Assembly (NCBI GenBank): GCA_002269645.1 | Contig: NIVC01001916.1 | Span: forward strand, 62,001 to 126,000 | Length of the DNA stretch: 64,000 nucleotides | Source of the DNA: Macrostomum lignano | Taxonomy: Eukaryota | Direction: 5' to 3' | In this document: piece after piece, positions 12,396 through 23,169 of the stretch | How the letters are laid out: each line of letters begins with the position of its first letter | How positions within the stretch are numbered: the first letter of the stretch is position 1 | Program-made: the position numbers and the translations under genes | Notes under the pieces: model-generated | Told to the model about the DNA's origin: nothing | The model's input: the letters and a program-made list of their open reading frames with translations, nothing else | Databases searched by the model: none

Positions 12396-12741
12396 AGAGT
12401 AAAGTTTTGACAGTCAAACATCTTGAACCTCTTTTAACTAACTGTGCCATTGTGCCACTGCTCCGAAAAAACAGTCTTGCATAGTACAACACAAAAGAGG
12501 TAGGCAAATGAGCGATTGCTTGATAGTTAAATACTTGAAAGCAGCTACTATAATAAGTAGTAAGATTGAAGAGCTTAACACTTCATAGTAAAAAGTTACC
12601 TTCTGTTGAATGGCGAATATAGAAAAAAGAATCGCGGTAATTCATATTTAATTTATAATAAATTGTAATTGAGTAATAATTCATAATATTCACCCAACTG
12701 CTATAGTAAGTAAAGGCATTTTTCTCACCCCGTCCATGTAC

Positions 12742-15700
12742 CAGTCCGGAGCGATACCTTTGCCAGAGATGGACACCTTCAACTTCACTGGCGTGTCAAT
12801 CACTCGAGCGGTCTGCATGGAAGGGGGGTTTTAGGCAGGTGTTATAAAACCGAAGAATGCGCGCACTAATGACACTTTAACTAATTTAAAATTAACTCAT
12901 GTGATGCAACTTATGTACTTGTAAAATCCTTTTGCCATTCTAGGAAAGTGCTCATGGTTCTCATGGCGTGCTGTGCACTCTGTGTGAGTTTTTGTATGCC
13001 TAATAGTTTGAATATATGACCGGTGTTACAAAAACTTTGTATCATTTTAACTCGTGAAAACCCACAAAAAGTGAGGTTCGAACCTAGCTCGCGCAGGTAC
13101 ACTGAAACCTGATTTCTGGCTTGTTTGCCTTCATCAGCCAGCCATAGCCATCGTTCTCTCCCACCACTCTCAGTGTGAACACAGATAGATGTTTCCTCTA
13201 TGGCGACACTTTTGGGGCTATGTGAGAGATTCTACGATTCAAATCTCTATTCGTCTACTTTTCTCAGTAGTCTAAATTTAATCTTTCACATAACTGTCTC
13301 TGGTGGGCGCCCCTGTCTCTTGGTGGGCGCCACTGTCTCTTGGTGGGCGCCACTGTCTCTTGGTGGGCGCCACTGTCTCTTGGTGGGCGTCCCTGTCTTT
13401 TGGTGGGCGCCACTGTCTCTTGGTGGGCGTCCCTGTCTTTTGGTGGGCGCCACTGTCTCTTGGTGGGCGCCCCTGTCTCTTGGTGGGCGCCACTGTCTTT
13501 TGGTGGGCGCCACTGTCTCTTGGTGGGCGCCACTGTCTCTTGGTGGGCGCCACTGTCTCTTGGTGGGCGCCACTGTCTTTTGGTGGGCGCCACTGTCTCT
13601 TGGTGGGCGCCACTGTCTCTTGGTGGGCGCCACTGTCTCTTGGTGGGCGCCACTGTCTCTTGGTGGGCGCCACTGTCTCTTGGTGGGCGCCACTGTCTCT
13701 TGGTGGGCGCCACTGTCTCTTGGTGGGCGTCCCTGTCTTTTGGTGGGCGCCACTGTCTCTTGGTGGGCGTCCCTGTCTTTTGGTGGGCGCCACTGTCTCT
13801 TGGTGGGCGCCCCTGTCTCTTGGTGGGCGCCACTGTCTTTTGGTGGGCGCCACTGTCTCTTGGTGGGCGCCACTGTCTCTTGGTGGGCGCCCCTGTCTCT
13901 TGGTGGGCGCCACTGTCTTTTGGTGGGCGCCACTGTCTCTTGGTGGGCGCCACTGTCTCTTGGTGGGCGCCACTGTCTCTTGGTGGGCGCCACTGTCTCT
14001 TGGTGGGCGCCACTGTCTCTTGGTGGGCGCCACTGTCTCTTGGTGGGCGCCACTGTCTCTTGGTGGGCGCCACTGTCTCTTGGTGGGCGCCACTGTCTCT
14101 TGGTGGGCGTCCCTGTCTCTTAGTGAGCTGCGCATCTAAAGCATTTTCAATGGCTCCTGTGCTCAGAGCTTGCATGAAATGCGGTTCTCGAAAAATAGAA
14201 TTCAGATATTTTTATCGGTATGCAGCGTAGCCTGGAGATCAGGGCGGCACGGAGCCAAACAGGAGTCAACTAAAACGTCAGAGTCTACGAGGCTCTGGTG
14301 TGCCAGCGGCCCAGGCTCGATTCCAAGTGCTGTCACATTAATCTGAGACTAAATTGGAATCTCGGCTTGGCTCTGCTCGTGCAATTAACGCCCTTGAGGA
14401 TCAAACCCAAAGGCACAGTGAAGTCTAAATGCCGTACGTATCGGCGCGCTTGTGTGCCTGCTCAGGGAAGTCAGTGGAATGGGCAGCAATGCCTCTCGCC
14501 GGCTGTGTGACAATGTCGTCTAAAGTGCAGGAGGGTGCACACAGCAACCTGTCTCTAACTAAAAAACAAACTCTTAATAGCTACTTAAATAATTGTTTTG
14601 ATAATAGGTTAGATGATTACATCTATACATAACTAATGCATTGTGTACATGCATTTGTCATGAATGTGTTATTATGACTGTGTGTATTTTTTTGCTACTT
14701 TGCTACGCCGGTCCAGTCGGCCGTCCTCTCCCCCCTACTCAGATATTTTCTGACTCACCCACCTGTACTTCTGCGCGTGCGTACCCCCCCTCCCTGCCTA
14801 GGCCTTTTCCGTTTAGTCAAACCCCCCCCCTTGCTCTGTGTGCGCCCCGTGCGACCCCGCCCCATTCTTTTGTTAGCTTTGCTGCCCCGCCCCTGTTTGT
14901 GATTGGCTGCCAGTCCCAGTCTGCCGTGCTGCGCCCCGGCGATTGGCTGGTACGGCTTATGTTTGTTTTTCCTATGCTGATGTCTAAGCCCCCTTTTCTG
15001 CCTTTATCCCGCGCCCTCAACCCCCAGTTTGCTGGCTATTTATTCGGACCCCCTTGAGACCCCATTCTCGTCGTCTTCGTGGCTCCCCGGTGATAGTGCC
15101 AGCGTTAATTGCGATACAAATACAATTAAAAGAATATCGATCAATACTACGAGTACCACTGCTCTGACGGCGCTGTGTCTTGTTGTACGACCGAAATCGC
15201 GGCTGGTAAGCCTTCCAATTTGCAAGTCATTTGGGTCTGCATCTGTACTAGGCACCTTAGGGGGATTAAGTGCGTCGTACGCCGGTCCCACCCCAAGCAG
15301 CTCTGCGTCGTACGCGAGTCTGTAGGCTGTCGTGCGTCGTACGCGTGTCAGTGGAGGACCGCAGCCGGGGTCAGTGCGCGAACCCGGGTCTGGGAAAGGG
15401 GCACGAAAGTACCGAGCCCTTGAGCCCCATCACCACACATTTAAAAAGAGACAACGGTCTCAAGCGTGAAAAATCTGCAAGAATTTTAGTTTACCATGGT
15501 TAGCTGGTGTCTCAAAGCACAAGCTGGTCCCTGCTGATTTACGTTTAAATCCAGTCGATGGTTTCAACGATAAACTACTAGTAGCAAGACGGTAAAACAC
15601 ATCAGCCAAATAGGATAAATTTTCATTTACACTACTGAGTAAATCATTTTTGACCTTTTTTACTTTCAGAAAAATCATTTCAAACCACAGATGCTAAAAA

Positions 15701-18700
15701 TCTAGATAGGCCACTCAGCACATTTGCGTATAAGCTACTTTCAGTTGTGGTAATCAGAGGCATTTTAATGTCGTATTCTAAAGCCAAGGCTCATTTATTG
15801 GTTCTCACCCCCAGCTTAAACCCTCCAACCGCGTCTTTCCACACTACCCCCGCCCCACCCCAATTTTTATTGCCTTTCTCGGAATTCCAGCCTAAAGCTG
15901 CCATGTACATTTCAGTGGCCAATGTACATTTGGCTGAACCAATTAGCAAGTTGTTTACGCCTGCAAGCTTGGCCTTCTAAACTTATCAAAGTCATTTCAG
16001 CTGCCTTTACGAGCGTGTTTATAAAAAAGCTTATGTATTCTTCTTTGCTACTGAACTGAAAGGCCCATTAGTTATTTTAGTATCTGTGTTTCAAACCAGC
16101 GCGTATGTTGTGTTCTAATTCACACGATGAGAAATCGACAATTAAAGGCTTAACGAAAGGAAAATTTCGACAGATCTCACCTCATTCATTGTGTCAGTTT
16201 GGCCTTTCTCGAATCTGCTTTTGTCCTCATCCCTCAGCTCGATGTCACACCTGCGACCGGCTTTGTCAAACAAAGACATGTAAATGGTAGAGTCGGTGCC
16301 CGCGAAATTCTTCTTGCCAGTCTTTGTTACAATTTGGTAAAGCGTTGTCTGGGTGTACACGGAGCCTGAAAGAGTAGAGTCAGGCAAGCGCACTTGTCCA
16401 GGTGTTGTCCACCTGCTTATCTCTCCTAGTCCAGGTGTTCTCCCACTCACCCACTCCATCGTGAACATCTTTGACAGTCCAAACCTCCCTCATTGGCGTC
16501 TCCTCATTAAGCCACTCGGAGACAGTAAAAAGCCATTTCTGACCAGTCTTGATGTCCTTCACTATCACCTGATCGACAAACCAGGTACGAGAACTTTCGC
16601 TCGATCTTAAAAATAAAAAAGTGAACAAGAGTTTGTTCCATATGCTTTCGTTACATATAAACTAGCAGTCAAGTGCCCAAGTACACAAATACTCAAGTAC
16701 TCAAGTAACTCACGTACCCAAGTACTTAAGTAGTAAAGTACAAAAGTACTCACGTACCTAAGTACTCAAGTACTAAAGTACAAAAATACTCACGTACCCA
16801 AGTAATCAAGTACAAAAGTACAAAAGTACTTAAGTACCTAAGTATTCAAGTACTAAAGTACAAAAGTACTCACGTACACAAGTAATCAAGTACAAAAGTA
16901 CGAAAGTACTCACGTACCTAAGTATTCAAGTATTCAAGTACTTCAGTACTCACGCAAGTGTCAAGTTTAAAGCCTAACCTGTTCATCTTGTCCTTTTTAT
17001 CGAACTTGTCCGACGATCGAGGATTGCGGGTGTCCAATTCCAATCTGAAAATTTAACCGAAAAAATAAGTTAAAGGAATTGCTTTGAAAGACACCTAAAG
17101 TAAAGCTGAAGGATCATAAAGACACCGGAAGTATAAAGCCGATGGGTCATATATAAGACACCGGAAGTGTCTTTTTCTTACCTGATTCCCTTGAGATCGC
17201 CAAAGTCTTCGACGTACAATTCGAATACATCTTTGCTGCCGGGCTGAAAAATATTGCGGCCACCGTCACTACTGCCGCCCTCTTCGACAGGTCGCCGAAG
17301 TTCGTGACGACCTCGCGACCCTTTGGCGCCCATCAGGCTGATGTACACTCGACAGTCAGTGCCGGAAGTCGCCTTCCGGCCAGTGTAAGTCGTGACCAGA
17401 ATGCCGCGCCCGGCTTGAGCCAAACTTTTAGCGCTGGTTGTAGGCGGGAGTCGAACCCGGTCCCTCCGACCAGATTTCAGCCAGTTGTTCACGTTGAAGT
17501 GGTACTCCATGCCCAGGCTGTAGTCTCTGACGCTCACCTGCGGTTAATTAGGAGTTGGCAATGGGGCGCCTTGACAAACTAAATGCTTTAAAAACTCATA
17601 TTTCACAAACTGCATATTTCACAAACTACACGATTCACAAACTACACAATTCACAAGCTACACAATGCACAAACTACACAATTAACAAAGTGCATAGTTC
17701 ACAAACTACACAATTCACAAACTGCATAGTTCACAAACTACACAATTCACAAAATTTACCATTCACGAACTAAGAATTCACAAGCTAGACACTTCACAAA
17801 ACAAACGCCTGAAATTATTGAAACTTTAAAATCAGAAATATTCTACTAGTTTGTAAACCAGCTTCAAAAAACAATTTACTTACCGTCTCAATTAGCCAAC
17901 GATATCGATGCTTCTTTGGCTTGACCTGATCTGCAGCTGGCAGTCTACTCGAAGCTGTAGCAGCCGCTGCCGTCGCTTCTTCAGGTGGCTCAATGGCAAG
18001 CGTCATGTCCGACAGGCGGCCGATCCGGGGCCCACGGATGTGGAACACCTCCGTGCTGCCACTGTCGAAAAAGAATGCCAACGAGCCGAACTTTTTGGTG
18101 AGGCGGCTCCGGCTTAGAGTGTCATCTTCGCCGCGGAGGGTAATATAAACCTGAGGCAGAGGGGCGGTGGATGGGCAGAGAGGGGCGGCGATGGCTAGCG
18201 TACACTCGGCAGGGAAGGGTTAGAAAAGACACTGTACAGTTGGAGACGAGATTTAAGACTGTACATTTGGAGACGAGATTTAAAAGACACTGTACATTTA
18301 GAGACGAGATTTAAAAGACAGTGTACATTTGGAGACGAGATTTAAAAGATACTGTACATTTAGAGACGAGATTCAAAAGATACTGTACATTTAGAGACTA
18401 GATCTAAAAAACAGACTGACTCACTGGAGCAGAGCAGGCAGCCTTAATATCCGTGCCAGTTTTCACCATGACCCTGTAGAGGCACTCTTTGCTCTCTGGT
18501 TTTGGCGGCGGCGGTTTCGGTGGCACGAACGGGGCCGGCGCTTCATAAGGAATTCGTTTCTTTCCGTGGATTTTCTTCTGCCGAATTAGGGTAACGTGAT
18601 TGGACGTGCAGTGCCGAAAATTAGCTTTTCTTATCATTCTTTTACCATAGCCCACAACTAGCTTGATGGGGCAGAGGAGTCACGCACCCCTGAAGCTTAA

Positions 18701-19925
18701 GGTGCCGCCACCTTGCAGTAGCGTCCTTGGTGCTAAAGCCCTTGGTGCTAAAGCCCCTGGTGCTACGAGTATTCTAACGTCCTGAAGCAGGCACATTCCT
18801 ACTTTTTACCTGCCGTTAAAAAATGAAAAAACAATAATGCAGAAATATGCTTTCTATCTTACCTCAGTTTTCATGATGTGTTTTTTATGCTGTTCCATTG
18901 TCGAGCAAAGATAACAGAATGGATTCTCTGAAAGGAAATATTTGGAGTCAATTTTACTTCATTTGATTCAATATGGAAATATGAAATATGGTTGTAGATG
19001 TCATTCTTAACGATAGCTTTCGCCCCCTCTGTAGCTACACCCCGTTAAATGAAAATAAAAAAGGCATGAAAATCCCCCAGTCACCCTCGTATCGGCGCGC
19101 CGGTAGGCCGTCCTCGTACTCGCCAGGCCTGGCCGGCGCGGTGAACAGGCGGCCGTTGCTGTCGGGCTCCATACGGGTGAACATCACCGCCAAGTTTCGC
19201 GGATCGGACGACTTGGCCAGCCGGTGGATTTCTCCGTCGGCTAAAATGTTTTATTTTGTTTTGAATGACACAAAATAAATATATTTTGATAATTGACACA
19301 AAAATTGAAAAAAATTATTATGTTTTGGCATAGCGAATAATTTATAAAAAATTATAGATTACGAATTCATATGTATATCAATAATGTATTTGAGTCATCT
19401 TATCTGTCATTAGTAATATTTTCAATCTCAACCAAAACAATAATTTAACTTTATGGAACATTAAACCATTATTGAAATTCATTTTGTATTGGACAGACTA
19501 AACTGTTATTTTTTAGAGCCAAAAATAAAAATTTAATGTGAAGCTATATATCATCATTCACACCAGTTAAGTATAATTAATTAAGGATATGCAGAAACTT
19601 CTTATTTCTCCTAAGAAATAACCTTCTTTTGAGACAAATTATAGATGATAACTAAATTTGTCAAGATGAGATTTAGGTTTATCAGTATTTGTGAAAGATT
19701 GAAAGCACCTGCAAATTCAATAAAAAATATACTACATAGCAACAGGGGAGTTACCATTAGAAAGTACTCACTCTGAGATTGCTTAATAGTTTCGTCATAT
19801 TCTTTCATCTTCTCAAGTTCGTCGACATGATCCTTCAGAAGGTCCAGATATAGCTGATTGTCTTTACAAAAATCCGTTAAATTATCTGAATATAACTGGA
19901 CTTTACGCTGCCTACTAAGCTCCAT
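12742..19925 (-). CDS. Multi-PLAT/LH2 (lipoxygenase homology) domain protein, LOXHD1-like domains
   Basis: Exons 19925-19772, 19240-19085, 18927-18863, 18577-18425, 18150-17884, 17537-17182, 17044-16979, 16605-16451 and 16365-16181 splice in frame with GT-AG ends. There are three PLAT signatures (e.g. YQIVTKTGKKNFAGTDSTIYMSL..F.KGQTD; WFVDQVIVKD..WLFTVSEWL) plus a PLAT-like exon at 12812-12742 (VKLKVSISGKGIAPDW). Exons between 16181 and 12812 are not resolved. Confidence 0.85.
13297..14120. repeat. 20-bp minisatellite (TGGTGGGCGCCACTGTCTCT), about 41 copies
   Basis: Direct tandem periodicity; open in all six frames, which explains the ORFs at 13200-14230. Confidence 0.97.
14298..14424 (+). 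mobile_element. Dispersed repeat (SINE-like); second copy inverted at 57546-57668
   Basis: GGCCCAGGCTCGATTCCAAGTGC..AATTAACGCCCTTGA..AGTGAAGT aligns with the reverse complement of 57546-57668 and contains a B-box-like CTCGATTCC. Confidence 0.65.
16670..16960. repeat. AAGTAC-rich degenerate tandem array (intronic)
   Basis: Repeated AAGTACTCA/AAGTACAA motifs; a similar AAGTACAT array lies at 32170-32420. Confidence 0.8.
17590..17800. repeat. About 16-bp degenerate minisatellite (ACAAACTACACAATTC), intronic
   Basis: Tandem periodicity. Confidence 0.8.
18230..18405. repeat. About 31-bp minisatellite (CTGTACATTTGGAGACGAGATTTAAAAGACA), intronic
   Basis: Tandem periodicity, about 5-6 copies. Confidence 0.85.
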
Positions 19926-21263
19926 ACTGTGACAATGTTATTTTATAATTTTACAGAACTTAATAATTCATTTGACTATCAAATCGCGTACAGTGACAAA
20001 TAGTGTAGGTAATAGCTACCGTAAAATTGGTGAATGTTTTAAAAGTTAAAACAGTGAATCAAACATTGATGTATTAGCAATGAACAAATACTTATCTGAA
20101 TTAAATTTTTGTTCAAGTGAATTTCAGCTTTCAACATGATTTGTTTAGTAAAAAATCTGTGATCAACCACAAGCAAATATATAACTGGTAACTTTTGTTA
20201 AAACTTATTTACCTGTCATGATTTTAGTGGCCCGGACAACTCTTGATGAATGGATAGTCAAAACCTAGGAAAAATTGAATGAGTGTATATTTTATATATC
20301 AGAAGTAAGGACGTTTCTCGTCTACTAAAGTCTACCTAATAGATCGACCTAATCTTTATATTTTTACGTAGTTTTCCTTTCGGACTTCACAATATACATG
20401 TACACAGGTGCTGAAGTACAAAAGAACGCGACACAGATAAAACTCCCATTCAGTGCTATGCGTAAAATCATCTTAGAAAATGGAAACAACTCGACTCATT
20501 GATTTTGAGAGCTCATTATATCATTCTGTTACCCATTTTTTACTAGTCATCAAGCTGAGAATGATAATATAGATTCATTTAAACCAATGAGATCACCTGT
20601 GCTATTTTTATGATTTATAGGCATGTGTTATACACTGTACATGTGCAATATTGTACGTAAATTTTTTATTATATAAACATAGAATTAGTATTTTCTATAC
20701 GAAAAGCTTTATGACTATCAATATAGAGCTATAATAAAAAGTAAGTATATATAATATCAAAAGATAAACATTGGGTCTCTTGTATTAAAAGCAATTTTTG
20801 TGTTGAAAAAGAAAAGCCTTCTACTATCTCCGTAAATGCATTTATAGTCGTTTTCACGACAAACCTCAAAAAACAAACTACACGTACATAATGTATATGA
20901 ATAGCATTAGGCATAGGCTATAAGACTCATGTATATTTATTAGATTCGCCATGTTTTGTCAGTCGGCCATTACGTAACTGCAAATAAATTTAAAACAACA
21001 TTCTACAGTACATGTACATACATGAAAAATGTATAAAAGTTTACACATCGATCAGTGCTTTCTCACTGAAATTGCCACCTGCTGCAAGTGTAAAAAAGTA
21101 AAACAAAATATAAAGAAAAATATAAAAAATAGAAATTGGTACACAGTATAGGTAAAATTAGTGTAATAAAGGCTAGAAAAAAGTACACACAGTACTCCTC
21201 AATTTAAGTTCTGTATAAAAGCGCCTATGTACATGCACATTGTATACAGAAGGTTCCAGAGCA

Positions 21264-22530
21264 TTAAGTCTTGGCCAGCTTCATCGGCCGGGGCACGTGA
21301 CCGGCTGGCGGCTGTCTCGACTTCGGCCCCATCCGAGCGGGAACCATCGGCTGTGGCGGCGGCCGCGGCTTCGGTGGCGGCGGACGCGGCGGTGGCACCC
21401 GTTTCGGCTTCGCCTTGCCTTTCAGCTTGAACCTCAGCTCTGAAGATCGATGGGTTATACAGAGGCAGCTGCAGTGGAGATTTCCTGATGCAGTATGACA
21501 CTCGGTTGAGACTTAATTTATAACCTTTTGCATATTATTGGGGTATTATGAACCATTGTTATTGGGGTTGTAGCCAAGTGGTTTGATCGAGTGTCGGACT
21601 CACGACTGAAAGGTCGGCGGTTCGATTCTCGACCCATTTGGAACAGTTTTAGCCCTTGAGCAAGACACTTAACTCAGCATAAATATTGCTCCAGTTCACC
21701 CAGCTGTAAAATGGGTGCCAGCATTAGCTGGGGTAATTAAGGGTGTGTGAGGGGACCCCCCCCAATCCTCCTTGGACTGAACAGCCGTACGCTGCCTTCA
21801 GATGCGCCGCGCAATAGCTGCGGCTGAGCTGTCGGTTGCACATCTGCCCGTTAGGACAGGTGTAAACAATTATTATTGGGGAAACAACAGGGTATTATTG
21901 GGGTATCGGGGGGAAACAACAGGGTATTATTGGGGGTATCGAGGGAAACAGCAGGGTATTATTGGGGGTATCGAGGGAAACAGCAGGGTATTATTGGGGG
22001 TATCGAGGGAAACAGCAGGGTATTATTGGGGGTATCGAGGGAAACAGCAGGGTATTATTGGGGGTATCGAGGGAAACAGCAGGGTATTATTGGGGGTATC
22101 GGGGGAAACAGCAGGGTATTATTGGGGGTATCGAGAGAAACAGCAGGGTATTATTGGGGGTATCGGGGGGAAACAGCAGGGTATTATTGGGGGTATCGAG
22201 GGAAACAGCAGGGTATTATTGGGGGGTATCGAGGAAAACAGCAGGGTATTATTGGGGGGTATCGGGGAGAAACAGCAGGGTATTATTGGGGTATCGTGAG
22301 AAACAGCAGGGTATTATTGGGGGTAACAGGGTGAATTTTTCGAATCGATCTTTATAGCAAGCAAGGCAGAGCAGAAATGAGTTATTCAGTTAGAAAAATA
22401 TTTACAATCGGCACTCACTCGGTTTCGCAGTGACTTTCAGCAATCGCCTATGGCAAGCATCCGACTCTTCAGCGATGATTGACAGCAGGACAAGGCAGAA
22501 TAGCGGAAGAAGCTTTAATAGTAGACTCAT
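21264..22530 (-). CDS. Secreted Pro/Lys/Arg-rich cationic peptide precursor A (95 aa), 2 exons
   Basis: Exon 1 22530-22419 (ATG, donor GTGAGT, phase 1) plus exon 2 21439-21264 (acceptor cttcag, TAA) gives MSLLLKLLPLFCLVLLSIIAEESDA-CHRRLLKVTAKPKLRFKLKGKAKPKRVPPPRPPPPKPRPPPQPMVPARMGPKSRQPPAGHVPRPMKLAKT*. Manual model. Confidence 0.75.
21564..21875 (+). mobile_element. tRNA-derived SINE with a CORE/Meta-like central domain
   Basis: A box TAGCCAAGTGG (21571), B box GGTTCGATTCTC (21619), central CCCTTGAGCAAGACACTTAAC..CTGTAAAATGGG resembling the MIR CORE, (TTA)n tail; second copy at 10850-11106. Confidence 0.88.
21876..22330. repeat. 32-bp minisatellite (GGGTATTATTGGGGGTATCGAGGGAAACAGCA), about 14 copies
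   Basis: Tandem periodicity directly after the SINE tail. Confidence 0.95.
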
Positions 22531-23169
22531 TGTGCCAATTAGTGATCTTTGATCTAGCTCGATCTTGTTCACAAGCATAAAATGTAGGAACCTTACTAGA
22601 TCTGTTTGCTGAAGCAGAAGAAATTTCTCAGCTTAAACCATAGACAGAAAAATTCTACAAAAAAAACTCGGATATTGCGTGCATTTCTACTAGCAAGTAG
22701 AGTAGTTAAAATTTACATCTTTTTTAACTTACCGTTGAAAAAAGTAGAAAATTAATCAATATTGCCAAATTGACATGAAGCCAATTGCATTAATAAAAAC
22801 TGACAAAAACCACATATTACAGACTCAAAGTGCCGCATCGGGTACTTTGTACTTTTGTTTACTTTTGCAAGCGTTACTGGGGTTCGCACACCATTGCTAC
22901 TTTTGTAGGGAAACTTAATGAAAAAAGCAGTTTACTACTTTGATACTTTAGAATAGGTTATATTCTCAATACAGTAGTATATCATGCATTTTAACTAACT
23001 TCGTCTTCTATCTTATTTGATATAGTAAAAAATTGAAACCTCAGCATTTACTGCCGGTTGGATATCAGAGGGTAGTGTCAGTCTGCTAGAGTGAGTAATT
23101 AACTTTGACAGTCTCTGATGATTGACAGGTCCACAGCACATTGGGTTGCCCCCTGATTGCTCAGCTGCA

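Noticed and set aside
11496-12507. Gly-Phe/Gly-Leu or Lys-Pro repeat proteins
   Set aside because: They are frame readings of the (GGGTTT)n tract, with no splice or codon evidence.
21564-21635. tRNA gene
   Set aside because: A and B boxes are present, but the sequence continues into a SINE core and tail that has a second copy; no convincing cloverleaf.
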